From Roseibacillus sp. (GTDB lineage: Bacteria > Verrucomicrobiota > Verrucomicrobiia > Verrucomicrobiales > Akkermansiaceae): a DNA stretch of 64,000 nt. The stretch is taken from contig CBDEUM010000012.1 of the NCBI GenBank assembly GCA_965242925.1, positions 173,857 to 237,856 of the forward strand, in the 5' to 3' direction. Under the pieces are notes generated by a model, which was not told the origin of the DNA, searched no databases, and was given only the letters and a program-made list of their open reading frames with translations. Positions 20,093-31,400 of the stretch are shown piece by piece (within the stretch, counting starts at the first letter, position 1; each line of letters opens with the position of its first letter). A program made the position numbers and the translations under genes.

Positions 20093-21064
20093 ATGAATCG
20101 TTTTTTCACCCTGTTTCTCATCTGCACCGTTCCGGCACTTCCCGGGTCCGCCTTTGCGAAAGAAAAGGTCGTCAGGGTTTTCATCCTGGCCGGACAATCG
20201 AACATGGAAGGCCACGGCCGCATCGCCGGGGAACAGAAAGGAACCCTTGAGACCGTCTCCCGGGACCCTGCCACCGCAAGCCGCTATCGGCACCTGCACA
20301 GGAACGGCAAGTGGATCACCAGGAAGGATGTGTGGATCACCTGGCTCGACCGAAAGGGCAAACTGGGGGTGGGAGGTTGGGCTGCCAAGGGGGCCATCGG
20401 TCCCGAACTGGGCTTCGGCTGGATGGTGGGCGACTTCCTCGACGACCCCGTCCTCCTCCTGAAGTTCGGACCGGGTGGAACCAGCCTGGCCGGACCCTGG
20501 CGCCCCCCCAGCTCCGGACCCCACCCCGGTGGCAAGCCACGGGGAGACGACATCGGCAGTCAGTACGATTACCTCATCGCAAGCGTGAAACAGCGCATGG
20601 TCAACCTGGCAACGGAGTTCCCGGAACTGGCAGATCACCGCCCCCAACTCGCGGGCTTCGGCTGGCACCAGGGATGGAATGACGGCTGCAGCAAACCTGA
20701 CTGCCTCGAATACGAAACGAACCTGGCTCATTTCATCCGCGATGTGCGCAAGGCCCTCAACTCTCCCGGCCTGCCCTTCGTTATCGCGGGAAGTGGATTT
20801 GGCGGATGGGAACAGAAGATTGACCGCCGTCTCATGATCATGAAGGCACAGGAAGCCATCGCCAAACACGACGAATTCAAGGGTGACACCCGCTATGTGG
20901 AAACGCGGAGCTTCTTCCGCGATGGCCCCGTCTCTCCCCGCCCCATCCGTTACCACTGGTGTTGCAATGCCGAGAGTTACTGGTTGATCGGGGAGGGGAT
21001 GGGCCGGGCCATGGTAGAACTGCTGGGCGGGCCCAAGGCTCCCCCTAATGCTGCCGGGCCCTGA
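20093..21064 (+). CDS. Secreted sialate O-acetylesterase-like (SASA/SGNH) carbohydrate esterase
   Basis: Signal peptide; FILAGQSNMEG, IGPELGFG, GGTSL, WHQGWND, YHW. Confidence 0.85.
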   Translation: MNRFFTLFLICTVPALPGSAFAKEKVVRVFILAGQSNMEGHGRIAGEQKGTLETVSRDPATASRYRHLHRNGKWITRKDVWITWLDRKGKLGVGGWAAKGAIGPELGFGWMVGDFLDDPVLLLKFGPGGTSLAGPWRPPSSGPHPGGKPRGDDIGSQYDYLIASVKQRMVNLATEFPELADHRPQLAGFGWHQGWNDGCSKPDCLEYETNLAHFIRDVRKALNSPGLPFVIAGSGFGGWEQKIDRRLMIMKAQEAIAKHDEFKGDTRYVETRSFFRDGPVSPRPIRYHWCCNAESYWLIGEGMGRAMVELLGGPKAPPNAAGP

Positions 21065-21146
21065 TCCGCCCGGGCACGGGCATCAATCGGATCAAGGCAT
21101 CTTCCCCGCGGCTTGCCTCTTGCCGTTCCTCTGCTTGGATGACCGG

Positions 21147-21926
21147 GTGCTGATCACCCTGACTACCGACTTCGGAACCAGCGACTGGTTTACAGGCTCC
21201 ATGAAGGGTGTGATCTCAGGGATTGCCCCGGCCACCCGCATTATTGATATCACGCACCAGATCCCCCCTGGTGATCTGGTTGACGGAGCCTTCACCCTGG
21301 CTGCCTCAACGCCCTACTTCCCTGCCGGCACGATCCACGTCGCAGTGGTCGACCCGGGAGTGGGGAGTGCCCGCCGGGCCATCACCCTGCGCACCCGGCA
21401 CGCCATTTTCATCGGCCCCGATAACGGGGTGCTCTCCTGGGCCGTAAGGGAACAGCAGATCGAGGAAATCCGGGTCCTCAATAATGAGGACTGGTTCCTT
21501 GAACCCGTAAGTCACACTTTCCACGGGCGCGACATCTTCGCCCCTGCTGCCGCCCGCCTTGCAACCGGTGCCAGCTTCGATGAAGCAGGAGATACGATTG
21601 AGGATTTCGTGCGTCTCCCCTGGCCGGAAGTGGTGGAAGGGGACAACGAGGTGCGGGGCGAAGTTGTCCACATCGATCGCTTCGGCAATGCCATTTCCAA
21701 TCTGCCCGCCTCCGTCTTCCCCCGGGATCTGCTGGATAGCGGAGGCATCACCACAATGTGCGGCGGACGCCCCGCTCCGCTCCATCATTCCTATATGGAC
21801 GTAAACCTCGGCAAGCCTCTTGCCCTCCTGGGATCAAGCGACCTCCTCGAACTCGCCATCAATGGCGATGACTTCGCCGAACAGAATGGTATTGAAGTAG
21901 GCTCGCCCGTACATGCCAGATGGTAA
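21147..21926 (+). CDS. DUF62 SAM hydrolase (SAM hydroxide adenosyltransferase)
   Basis: LTTDFG, VVDPGVGSARR, GPDNG, TFHGRDIF, IDRFGN, LELAIN. Confidence 0.9.
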   Translation: MLITLTTDFGTSDWFTGSMKGVISGIAPATRIIDITHQIPPGDLVDGAFTLAASTPYFPAGTIHVAVVDPGVGSARRAITLRTRHAIFIGPDNGVLSWAVREQQIEEIRVLNNEDWFLEPVSHTFHGRDIFAPAAARLATGASFDEAGDTIEDFVRLPWPEVVEGDNEVRGEVVHIDRFGNAISNLPASVFPRDLLDSGGITTMCGGRPAPLHHSYMDVNLGKPLALLGSSDLLELAINGDDFAEQNGIEVGSPVHARW

Positions 21927-21962
21927 GGGCGAGGGACCCCCGCCCGTCCTGCCATGATCCCG

Positions 21963-24900
21963 CTACTCCACGCGGGCACGGTAGAACCGCCGCTCCTGAC
22001 CAGCTGCGCCGGGATCGAGTTGGGAGGTGGACGACCCCGTCGCCAGAATGCCTGACGACGCGTCAACCCAGTTCACCATGTCCGAACTCGCTTCCAGGGT
22101 GTAACTCTTGCCCGGAACACTGCTCCAGATGACCGTCAGGAATCCGGTAACCGGATTCCTGCTCAATCTGATGATCCTGAAGATGGACGAAGAATCGAGG
22201 GGGTCAGTCCCTGCCTGCACTTCCGCACCATCCAGAGACCCGTCAGAGTCGGTATCGGGATTGAGGGGATTCGTTCCTGCCAGGGCCTCATTGGTGTCAC
22301 TCAAGCCATCCCCGTCAGTGTCGAGGACAACTCCCGCTCCCGGAGTTCCACCCACGATTGCACTGGCTCGCCAGTTGGCCGGGTCGTTATAGTCACCCTC
22401 GGTATCGATGACTTCGAGGGAAGGCCCCTGTCCGGCCGGCGCAACCGGCCAGGGTGCCACCGTATCATAGTTGAAATCGTGAATGATGTTGCCTGCGTCG
22501 TCGCGCAGAACAATCTTCTCTCCGCTGTTGGACAGAGATCCCCCCGTCCACTCGCCCATGACGCGGACGGCACCTCCGTATTCCGCCTGGAAGGCGGCAG
22601 TATCGGCCACCAGCACGACATGTTCGTCAGGATCGAGAGTGAGCGCACTGAAGGTGAAGGCATCAAAGGGATCACCCCCGTCGAAACTCACCCCGTCGAG
22701 ATTCAACGGAGTGTTGCCGGTGTTGACCAACTCGACGAACTCCAGAATGTTCCCTCCGGTGGGCTCATACATGAGCTCCGTAACCCGGAGATGGTTTACC
22801 GCCGGACCGGATGCCGAGGGATCGACCACCATCACATAGTCGAACCTGAAGCGGGACGCCCGCGCGGTATCATTGGCTGCAAAAAGGCCCCCCCGGCCCA
22901 TCGTGGAGGAGTCCGGTATGGAACGCGAGTAAATCGTGGTCCAGACACCAGGCTCCAGACGTCGCTCAAAACGCAGGTTTCCGCCCTCACGCCGGATGCG
23001 AATCACCGCCGTTCCCCCGGAGTAACTCCGGTTATAGAGCTGCGTATAGGAGCCTCCGCTGGAGCGCTTGACCCGCAGGGCGTTGCCATCCTCCATGCCG
23101 AAGACATAACGTGATGAGGTTGCACCTTCCTGAACCTCCAGAATAAGACCAGCCATGAAGTCCCCACGCTGAACCGAATCCAGCGTCATATCGGTCTGCA
23201 GCGTGAAGTCCCCACTGTCCGGAACCTCACGCCACATGACCGGGTGGGAGGGATTGGATCCGGTGAGGGGCCTGGGCGCGCTGTCCCCCAGCTTCACTAT
23301 CAAATTACCCGGCCGGTCATTGAGGGAATACCACGAGCCTCCGCTGTAGTCATGACGCACCTCCATATTCTCGAGAGTCCACCAACTCTCCAGCAGGCGG
23401 TCGGTGAAGGGGCTCCAGCCGGAATCGGCATAAACAGAGACCTCCCGTACTTCCGAGGACCCTCCTCCATTGGCGTCGGAGGCGGTTACCGTGATATCGT
23501 AGAGTCCCGGATTCCCGAAGATCACTTCAGAGGTATCGACGGTGGGATTTGTCAGGGTCGCCCCAGCTTCCGGATTCACGCTCCACGAAAAGCTCAGATT
23601 CGTTCCTTCCGGATCGTAACTGCCGGTGGCATCCAGATCGAGGTCATCGACCACGGACACGTTGAAGGAGTCCGGCCTGGAATCCACATCCACCACAGGG
23701 CGGGCATTCCCGGACTTGTTCACGTTGACGGTATCGGTGTGCACCACGTTTCCGTCGCGGTCGAGTCCCTGGATGGTGAGAGTCGTGAGACCCTGCCTGA
23801 GCTGGATCGCGTTGATCGTCCAGCTCGTTTCCGAATTGAAAACGCACTCCGCCTCCGGATGACCAAGAATCCCCACTGTAAAAACATTGTAGGGGCTGGT
23901 GCCTCTGAGGGAGAGAGTCTGTCCGCTCGTTCTGATTGTCCCACCTCCGCCCGAAGTCACGTTGAAGGCCATGTTCAGCGCAGTCGATCCGATCGCACTG
24001 CTCCGGGCGTTGTTGGCCCGTCTGTTGTTGAAGTTGTTGTAGGTGGAGGCATTTGCCGAGTAGGAACCGGAAGCCGCCTCCTCCAGAGTGAACCAGGTGC
24101 TCAACCGTCCCGATCCGGCGGTGTAGTTGTCGACCATCTCACCAATATAATAATTGAGACGCTGCCGGACATATGGCTTAAGAAAGAAGTTCCGCACACC
24201 CGTCAGGTTCCCGATGAACTCTGCCGAGCTACTGCCGAAGGTGAGATCAGAATCCCACTGGGCCAACTGCCACTTGCCATCGGAGTAACGCCGCAGGAAA
24301 TACCCGTTCTTCCCACGGTTGCGGGTAAGAGTATCCCAATCATCGCACCACCCACGGACCGCCGCATTGGCAGCCATCAGATCAATGTCCGCCATTCGTT
24401 CAATCTCCGGCCGGGAGAACGTGTCCTGGCCGACCAATTCCACCCAGTTGATGAATGAAGAATAATCATACTCGTCCTCCCGGGAACGTTTAATCCACTC
24501 CGCATGGTAACGCTCCGGTTCACGGGTTCCCTTGTAACTCCAATCCGCATTCCTCTGTCCCCGACTCCAACTGTCCTCAAACCACCACTCGTCGTCGATG
24601 CGGTAGAGTTCCCCTTTTTCACCCTGATCCCAGTTGCGCTTGAGAAAATCGTTGGCGTTCGGTTCCACATCTTCACGCAGAGACGCGCTGCTTCCGTTGA
24701 CAATCACGCGAACAAACTCGTTCTCGTTATAGGCATGCCCGAGGAGGTAGAGCCAGTAACGGATGATCCGGTTGTGATAACCCTTGCTGCCTCCCGCATC
24801 ATTGTCAATCGAGCGCCGGGTGTAACCCCGGAAACGGCGATCCCTCGGTGATTTCCACTTCGCACGCGACAGGCTCTCCCCCTCCGATCGCGTCCACGGA

Positions 24901-27900
24901 CTCCCGCTCTTGCGGATCTCCGAGTTGTAGATGACCTCACTCTCATTGCTGATGAAAGTCGCATTGAAATACTGGTTCGAAAGACGTGGGAAGGCATAGT
25001 TGTTCTTTGACTCTCCCGATGCTCCCCCACCGAGATAATCGATATCACGGGTCGAGATCACGAATCTCTGCGTGCGCAGGTCACTTGCAATGTTGCTGTT
25101 ATCAACCACGTAGAGAGCTGGAGCACCAGGCGCCAGTCGGGGCACATGATTCGTGCCTGCCGCAGAGGCGGCCTCCACGTAAAACTGGGTGATGGTATTA
25201 TCGCTGCGGGACGGAAGAGTCGTGCTGTAGATTCCGTCACTTGCCACCAGGTCGCCATTGACACCGCTGTCATTCATGACCTGGGTTCCCCATGAATTGC
25301 TCCAGGTGGCGTTGTCCAACCGATGCCGCAGGTTAACGGAAGTCAGGGGACGCACAGATTCCACCCGCACCGTAATGGCAACTGAATCCGAGGAGGTGGG
25401 CACCGCCGGACTGTGCATGATCTCCGAGAGTGTGGGCAGGGGACTGGCTTCCGTCCGGGAGTTGGATGCTCCCGGCGTCCCCAGGTTCCGCGGAATGGGT
25501 AACCGGATGATATCCCCGAAGCTACGATCCCAGGTATGCACAATCAGGGTGGGTTTGCCATACACCCAGCGGGCCTGGCACTCCCATACCAGGTCGTCAT
25601 TGTCTGAGATGGAGGTCACATCAATCTCGCAGCGATTCGCCTTCACATCTCCGTGACCGGTCGAGACGATGCGGAATTCGTTCCCGGACATGTAACTCTG
25701 GTAATGAGTGCCCTGGCACAGCCAGCCGTTGGAAGCATTTCCGTTGGTAACCACTCTTTCTCCGTCATTCGGAAGAAAATTGGATCCGGCTCCGTTTTCT
25801 CTCAGGCTCATATTGCGCAGCGCGATGTGGGCATCTCCCACCGCATGCACGTGGAGTTCCTTGTAGTTTGAACTGCCCCCCCGTGAGTTGTTCTGCAGGT
25901 ACCGGTCGGAAATGGTGTAGGTCTGGAAGGTTGATTTTCCGGACTCATCCGAGTCGGCCCACGCACTCGCCTTTGAGTTGTCCATGTCGGGATTCCGCAA
26001 CTCGAGACTGCTTCCCAGTCCACCCGCCAGGAAGGGCCATTCACCACCGGTGGCATAGTGCACTTCGTCCGCAAGGTTGCCCCACGAGTCAATGAGTCGG
26101 ACGCACTCTCCACTGTTGCTGAGATTATCGGTGAAGGGACCGAGGACGCGTGCACCTGGATGGGCCTGCCGGGTATACTCAGGGTTGGAGGCAACCACCA
26201 GGTATTCCCCCGGAGCAAGGCTCGTGCCACCAGGAAAGGCGTATGTTACTCCCTCGTCGATTCTCCATCCCCCCAGATCGATTGCGGAGCCAGAGTTGTT
26301 ATACAGTTCAACATACTCCCCATCCCGCTGGCTCGAAGGAGGCTCCACCATCAACTCGGTCATCACGATACCCGTTTCCCTGGTGGGATTGTTGAGAGCA
26401 TCCTTACTTCCCACCACCGAAGAGTAAAACTCCCCCGATCCATCCGGGTAGGCCGCCGAGTAATCCCTCCCGGATGCCTGCTCCACAACGGCGGCATCGA
26501 TCACACGGTTTCCTGCGTCGATGAGCCAGAGCACTTCGTCGCCACCTCCCGTGGAGAAGGAAACCGGCCAACTCCTGACTCCCTGGGGCGAAATCGATCC
26601 AGTGAGGGGAACCTTGTCAGTGAAATCACGGCGACTCGAAAGAAAGAGTCCCGACATGTTCTGGGTGACGCTGCTGCCATTATGGAGTTCGATCCAGTCG
26701 ATATCCCCTCCGGCATCGTAGTGCACTTCATTGATGGCAAGCACGGTCCCGAGTTCCGAGGCACTTGAGTTGGCCGCATCCCGCGTGGGCGAGGTGAAAA
26801 GAAACCAGCTGCCTGATCCTGATGGCTTGCGTCCCAGGGAACGTCCATCGATGGGCATGGCGGTATCGACCCCGTTCACGATGGTGGACCCGTCACTCTG
26901 GGTCAGATAGACCACGGTGGGACTGCCCACCGTGAGGCCGGCCTCCGAGTAACCGAGGGAGACGAGACCGCCCGCCGGCACGTTGAGCGCACCTGGGATC
27001 TGGTACTTGGTCAGGTTGCTCACCGAGTTACTGAGATACCAGCCCCCGATATCCATATCCGTCCCGGTGGGATTGTAGAACTCCACGAATCCCGTTCCGT
27101 TCTGCGGAAGCACCTCGTTGATCACGATACTCGGTGCATTCGGAGTGGAAATATTCACCCGCGCGCCGAAGACCACGTCCGAACTGCTTGTTCCCGTCTG
27201 ATGCACCTCAACCGCAAGAACATTGGTCCCCACCACCAGCGACGGAGCACTGCTGGTAACAACGGCTTCCTCTTCGCTGGCATCACTAATCGTGCGACTG
27301 GCGGTGGTGGTATGACTTGCGCCCTCGCTCACTCCAATACCGCCCAGCCATTGACCATTGAGCCAGAAGCCCGCCCCATCATCGAGAATGGTGTCGATCG
27401 AGATGCCCGTGCCCACCACCGTGCCGTTGAATTCAAAGGTGGTCCGGAAGTAGTAGGTGAGGATGTCGTTTCCCGGAGAGTTGGGATTTTCGAACGGGGT
27501 TGTAATTCCAGGAGAGGGCACCACTGAAGTTTCATAGCCGAAGAGTCCCGGACCGCTGTCCCACCCTGCATCATTGAAACCCACCTCTTTCCAGGATATG
27601 CCCTGGTTGGATCCGTCATCGAGATACTTCCAGCTGTGGTCGTAATTGATGTAGGGAGCCCCTACCGAAAGATCGACTTCCGGATTGGAATAGGGCTCCT
27701 CTGCGGCAGTCGGCTCCCCCGTTCCGGGAGTTCCCCCAGGCGCGCTGCTAGGGCCCCAGAGACGATAGTCATCGATGGCATAATTGTCGTTCTTCAGAAC
27801 CAGGCTGTGCCCGCCCCCATCCGCTTCAATGGACCACGGTGCCCGGTCATCGTAGCGGAGAGTACATACCATCGCACCGTTCTTGTCGCGCAGGTTGATT

Positions 27901-28265
27901 CGCTCGCCTTCGTTGGCCATGGAACCGGTCCAGGGACCGAAGACCCTTACCGATCCGGGCAGACTGTAGGCGGCCCGGAAGGCGGCTGGATCAACCCCAC
28001 AGATCACGATGCGTTCCCAGGGTTTGAGAAAATTGCTCTCGTGGTCGCCATCGTTGTATCCCGGGAAGTCGTATGCGACCGCCCCGCGCATACGCCACTG
28101 CGCGATATCAAAAACCGTCGCGGTGAGGTTCTCGACTTCCAGAAATTCGTAGAGGCCTGCCGGGGGATGATACATCACCTCGCTGACGACAACCTGCTCT
28201 GCCTTGATCTGTGAGAACGAACCGACTGCCATCAGGACAGTGGGGATCAACAGGTGGATTTTCAT
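21963..28265 (-). CDS. Large secreted lamin-tail-domain / CotH-like kinase / PKD-like protein (about 2100 aa)
   Basis: Signal peptide MKIHLL...; repeated (I/V)(S/N/T)E(V/L)MY...E(F/Y)(I/V)EL LTD starts; GELYRIDD, DWDT...KNGYF, QWDSDLTFG; DxDxDG repeats and RFYR end. Confidence 0.85.
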   Translation of the reverse strand: MKIHLLIPTVLMAVGSFSQIKAEQVVVSEVMYHPPAGLYEFLEVENLTATVFDIAQWRMRGAVAYDFPGYNDGDHESNFLKPWERIVICGVDPAAFRAAYSLPGSVRVFGPWTGSMANEGERINLRDKNGAMVCTLRYDDRAPWSIEADGGGHSLVLKNDNYAIDDYRLWGPSSAPGGTPGTGEPTAAEEPYSNPEVDLSVGAPYINYDHSWKYLDDGSNQGISWKEVGFNDAGWDSGPGLFGYETSVVPSPGITTPFENPNSPGNDILTYYFRTTFEFNGTVVGTGISIDTILDDGAGFWLNGQWLGGIGVSEGASHTTTASRTISDASEEEAVVTSSAPSLVVGTNVLAVEVHQTGTSSSDVVFGARVNISTPNAPSIVINEVLPQNGTGFVEFYNPTGTDMDIGGWYLSNSVSNLTKYQIPGALNVPAGGLVSLGYSEAGLTVGSPTVVYLTQSDGSTIVNGVDTAMPIDGRSLGRKPSGSGSWFLFTSPTRDAANSSASELGTVLAINEVHYDAGGDIDWIELHNGSSVTQNMSGLFLSSRRDFTDKVPLTGSISPQGVRSWPVSFSTGGGDEVLWLIDAGNRVIDAAVVEQASGRDYSAAYPDGSGEFYSSVVGSKDALNNPTRETGIVMTELMVEPPSSQRDGEYVELYNNSGSAIDLGGWRIDEGVTYAFPGGTSLAPGEYLVVASNPEYTRQAHPGARVLGPFTDNLSNSGECVRLIDSWGNLADEVHYATGGEWPFLAGGLGSSLELRNPDMDNSKASAWADSDESGKSTFQTYTISDRYLQNNSRGGSSNYKELHVHAVGDAHIALRNMSLRENGAGSNFLPNDGERVVTNGNASNGWLCQGTHYQSYMSGNEFRIVSTGHGDVKANRCEIDVTSISDNDDLVWECQARWVYGKPTLIVHTWDRSFGDIIRLPIPRNLGTPGASNSRTEASPLPTLSEIMHSPAVPTSSDSVAITVRVESVRPLTSVNLRHRLDNATWSNSWGTQVMNDSGVNGDLVASDGIYSTTLPSRSDNTITQFYVEAASAAGTNHVPRLAPGAPALYVVDNSNIASDLRTQRFVISTRDIDYLGGGASGESKNNYAFPRLSNQYFNATFISNESEVIYNSEIRKSGSPWTRSEGESLSRAKWKSPRDRRFRGYTRRSIDNDAGGSKGYHNRIIRYWLYLLGHAYNENEFVRVIVNGSSASLREDVEPNANDFLKRNWDQGEKGELYRIDDEWWFEDSWSRGQRNADWSYKGTREPERYHAEWIKRSREDEYDYSSFINWVELVGQDTFSRPEIERMADIDLMAANAAVRGWCDDWDTLTRNRGKNGYFLRRYSDGKWQLAQWDSDLTFGSSSAEFIGNLTGVRNFFLKPYVRQRLNYYIGEMVDNYTAGSGRLSTWFTLEEAASGSYSANASTYNNFNNRRANNARSSAIGSTALNMAFNVTSGGGGTIRTSGQTLSLRGTSPYNVFTVGILGHPEAECVFNSETSWTINAIQLRQGLTTLTIQGLDRDGNVVHTDTVNVNKSGNARPVVDVDSRPDSFNVSVVDDLDLDATGSYDPEGTNLSFSWSVNPEAGATLTNPTVDTSEVIFGNPGLYDITVTASDANGGGSSEVREVSVYADSGWSPFTDRLLESWWTLENMEVRHDYSGGSWYSLNDRPGNLIVKLGDSAPRPLTGSNPSHPVMWREVPDSGDFTLQTDMTLDSVQRGDFMAGLILEVQEGATSSRYVFGMEDGNALRVKRSSGGSYTQLYNRSYSGGTAVIRIRREGGNLRFERRLEPGVWTTIYSRSIPDSSTMGRGGLFAANDTARASRFRFDYVMVVDPSASGPAVNHLRVTELMYEPTGGNILEFVELVNTGNTPLNLDGVSFDGGDPFDAFTFSALTLDPDEHVVLVADTAAFQAEYGGAVRVMGEWTGGSLSNSGEKIVLRDDAGNIIHDFNYDTVAPWPVAPAGQGPSLEVIDTEGDYNDPANWRASAIVGGTPGAGVVLDTDGDGLSDTNEALAGTNPLNPDTDSDGSLDGAEVQAGTDPLDSSSIFRIIRLSRNPVTGFLTVIWSSVPGKSYTLEASSDMVNWVDASSGILATGSSTSQLDPGAAGQERRFYRARVE

Positions 28266-28472
28266 GTGAGATTTTTCTGCGAGGGGTGACGTTCTGACAC
28301 CACGGACCTTTAGAATATCGTCACTCTGCATTCGGGCAAAGTTGAATGATCACGCCAATTCCTGCTAATTCAGCCATCTTTACCCCAGAAGAGGCACCCG
28401 GTCAGCCCCCCCAAGGCGGCGGCATGACCCTGGTTAAATCAGCGCTTCCATCACGACCCTGCCTCCCCTGCA

Positions 28473-31400
28473 CTACTCAACAATCACGCGATAGAAGAGT
28501 TCGGTGGCCCCTGCCCCGTCATGAGGAATCATGGTGGTGCCCTCCGTGGCCTCCACGGTAGAAACATCCGTCCAACTTCCCTCCGTCAGGTCCGGGCTCA
28601 CCTGCAGGGTGTAGCTCCGCCCCGGAACGCTGTGCCATGTCGCCTGGGTGGCACCTCCCACGCGCACCACTTCGATAAGGCGAAAGACCGAGAGACGGTC
28701 CAGGGGATCGGTCCCGGCCGCCACCTCTGCGCCATCGAGCGCTCCATCGCCATCGGTGTCAGGATTGAGAGGATCCGTTCCGATCGCCGCCTCTTCGCTA
28801 TCGTCCAGTCCATCATTATCCGGGTCACCGAGGGACACTTCACCGGGTGTTCCGCCCACCTCCACACTGGCACGCCAGTTGGCAGGATCATTATAGTTTC
28901 CTTCCGTGTCGATCACTTCCAGGGAAGCCCCCAGTCCATCCGCTTCAATTGGCCAGGACGGTTGATCAGAATACTGGAAATCGTGGATGATGTCTCCCTG
29001 CGGATCAATGAGCACGATCGACTCGCCACCATTGCTCACACTGCCATCCGCCCATGCCGCCAGAACCCGGATGCTTCCCCCGTAGATGGCCTCGAAGTCG
29101 AGTTCGTCGGCCACCACCACAGCCACCTCACCAGGTGCCAGGTCGATATCGCCGAAAACCAGTTCGGCAAAGGGATCGCCGTCCTGGAACTGTACCTGAG
29201 AGAGATTGATGGTGGCGTTCCCGATATTCATCAGTTCGATGAACTCCAGATCGAACCCGTTTCCGAGATCGAGAGGATTATACATAATCTCCGTGATCCG
29301 CAGTGAGTCCACGGCCGGGCCGATCGCCGAGGCATCTGCCACCATGAAGTAATCAAACTCAAAACGGGCCATGATGGGCGCGGGCGTAGAGGCAAAGATT
29401 CCCGTCTGCGTGAGGGTGGATTCGGCCGCCATCCCCGCCACGTGAAGGGACTCCCAGACACCCGGGCTGGTCCGATAGTCGAAATGGAGGTCATCCCCCA
29501 CCCGCCGGATGCGGACCACCGCGCTGTCTTTGACCCAGGAGATGGAGGCCAGGCGCGTCTCGGTCGTTCCCACGATTTTCTTCACCCGGAGGAAATCTCC
29601 GTTTTCCATGCCCACCGCATAAATCACCTGCTGTCCATCTTCCTGCGCCTTGAGGATCAGGCCCGCGATGAATCCTCCCTGCTGAATGTTGGAAAGTTTC
29701 ACGTCGGTCTGCAGCAGGACGTCGCCAGTCCCGGAAACATCACGCCAGAGGACCGGATAGGCCGGTGTCTGACTGCGCATCGACTTGGCCACGTCGTCGT
29801 TCAGTTTGAGGACCAACTGACCCGGTCGATCACCGAGAGAGTACCAGGCGCTCCCGCTGTAATCATGACGCACTTCCACGTTCTCTTCGGTCCACCCCTC
29901 CGAGAGCGTCTCATCGGTGAAGGGATGCCAGCCGGATTCCGCGTACACTGCAATCTGCCGGGTGGCCACCGTTTCACGCTGGTCGTCATCTTCCACCGTT
30001 GCGGTGAGGAGATAGAGCCCCGGTTGAGGGAACTGAACGTTAACACGATCAGGAGATGGATTGTCCAGGACCGCCCCTTGATCTACTTCCCAGGAGAAGG
30101 TGAGGCCCGTGCCCTCCGGATCAAAACTCGCGCTCGCGTCCACCACCAGGGTCTCGTGCATGCCGATGTTGAAGGAAGACGGCGTGCTGTTGAGATCCAC
30201 GACTGGAGGTGCATTACCACTCTTGTTGATGCTGAAAGTGTCACTGTCCACTATCAGGCCTTCCGAATCGAGCGCCTCGAACTCAAGGGCATTGCGCCCT
30301 TCCCTCAGGTAGATGCCCGAAACCGTCCACTCAGCCTGGTCGGTGAACTGGATCACCGCCTCCGGGTGCCCGACCACGCGGATATCGAAAGCCCGGTGAT
30401 TGCTTGTCCCCTCCAGGTCTATGACATTCTCCGAAGTGTTGGAGGGGCCACTCACTTCAAAGCGCGCGTTGGAGACCGCGCTTCCAATCTCGTTGTTCAT
30501 GGCATAGCTCACCCGCCCGTTGTTGAAGTTGTGGTACCTGCTCGGGTTGATGGAGACTCTCCGGTTGGAGCGCGTTTCCAAGTCGAACCAGGTCTCGAGG
30601 CGCTCGGAATCCTTGGTGTACTTTTCCACCATCTCACCGATGTAGTAGTTCACCCGCTGCTCGACATAGGGCTTATAGAAGAAGTTGCGCACGCCCGGAA
30701 GGCCCCCGATGAAGGGAGCCGAGGTATTCCCAAAGGTGAGATCGGAGTCCCACTGCAGCAGGATCCACTTGCCATCGCTGTACCTGCGCAGGAAATAACC
30801 GTTCTTGCCCCGGTTGCGGGTAAGGGTATCCCAGTCGTCGATCCAGCCCCGCACCACTGCATTGACCGCCATCAGATCAATGTCCGCCATACGCTCCACT
30901 TCCTCGCGGGTGAAGCGGTTCTGTCCCACCGCAAAGACCCAGTTGAGGAAAGACCCGTAATCGTATTCATCCTCCCGGGAACGTTTCATCCACTCGGCGT
31001 GGTACATGTTGGGTTCAACACTGCGACCGTCCACTCCCCAGTCGGCATTCTCCTGAGAGCGGCCCCAACCGTCGTCGAACCACCACTCGTCATCGATGCG
31101 GTAAAGCTCCCCCTTCTCTCCCTGCTCCCAGTTGCGTTTCAGGAAATCGTTGGCGTTGGTCTCCACGTCTTCCCGGATCATTGCCGGTCCGTTGTTGATC
31201 ACGATTCGAATGAACTCGTTTTCGTTCGAGGGATGCCCGAGAAGATAGAGCCAGTAGCGCGTCAGACGGTTGTTGTGGGACCTGCCCTGCACCGGGTCGT
31301 CATCGATCGCACGGCGGGACCAGCCCCGGTAACGCCTGTCCCGGGGACTCTTCCACTTGAGGCTCTTGCCCTGCGAGGTGCTGAAACCGTCGGAGCGCTG

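Noticed and set aside
21147..21926. SAM-dependent halogenase (fluorinase/chlorinase)
   Set aside because: Retains the Asp/Arg/His features of DUF62 hydrolases (VDPGVG..RR, TFHGRD); no biosynthetic cluster context.
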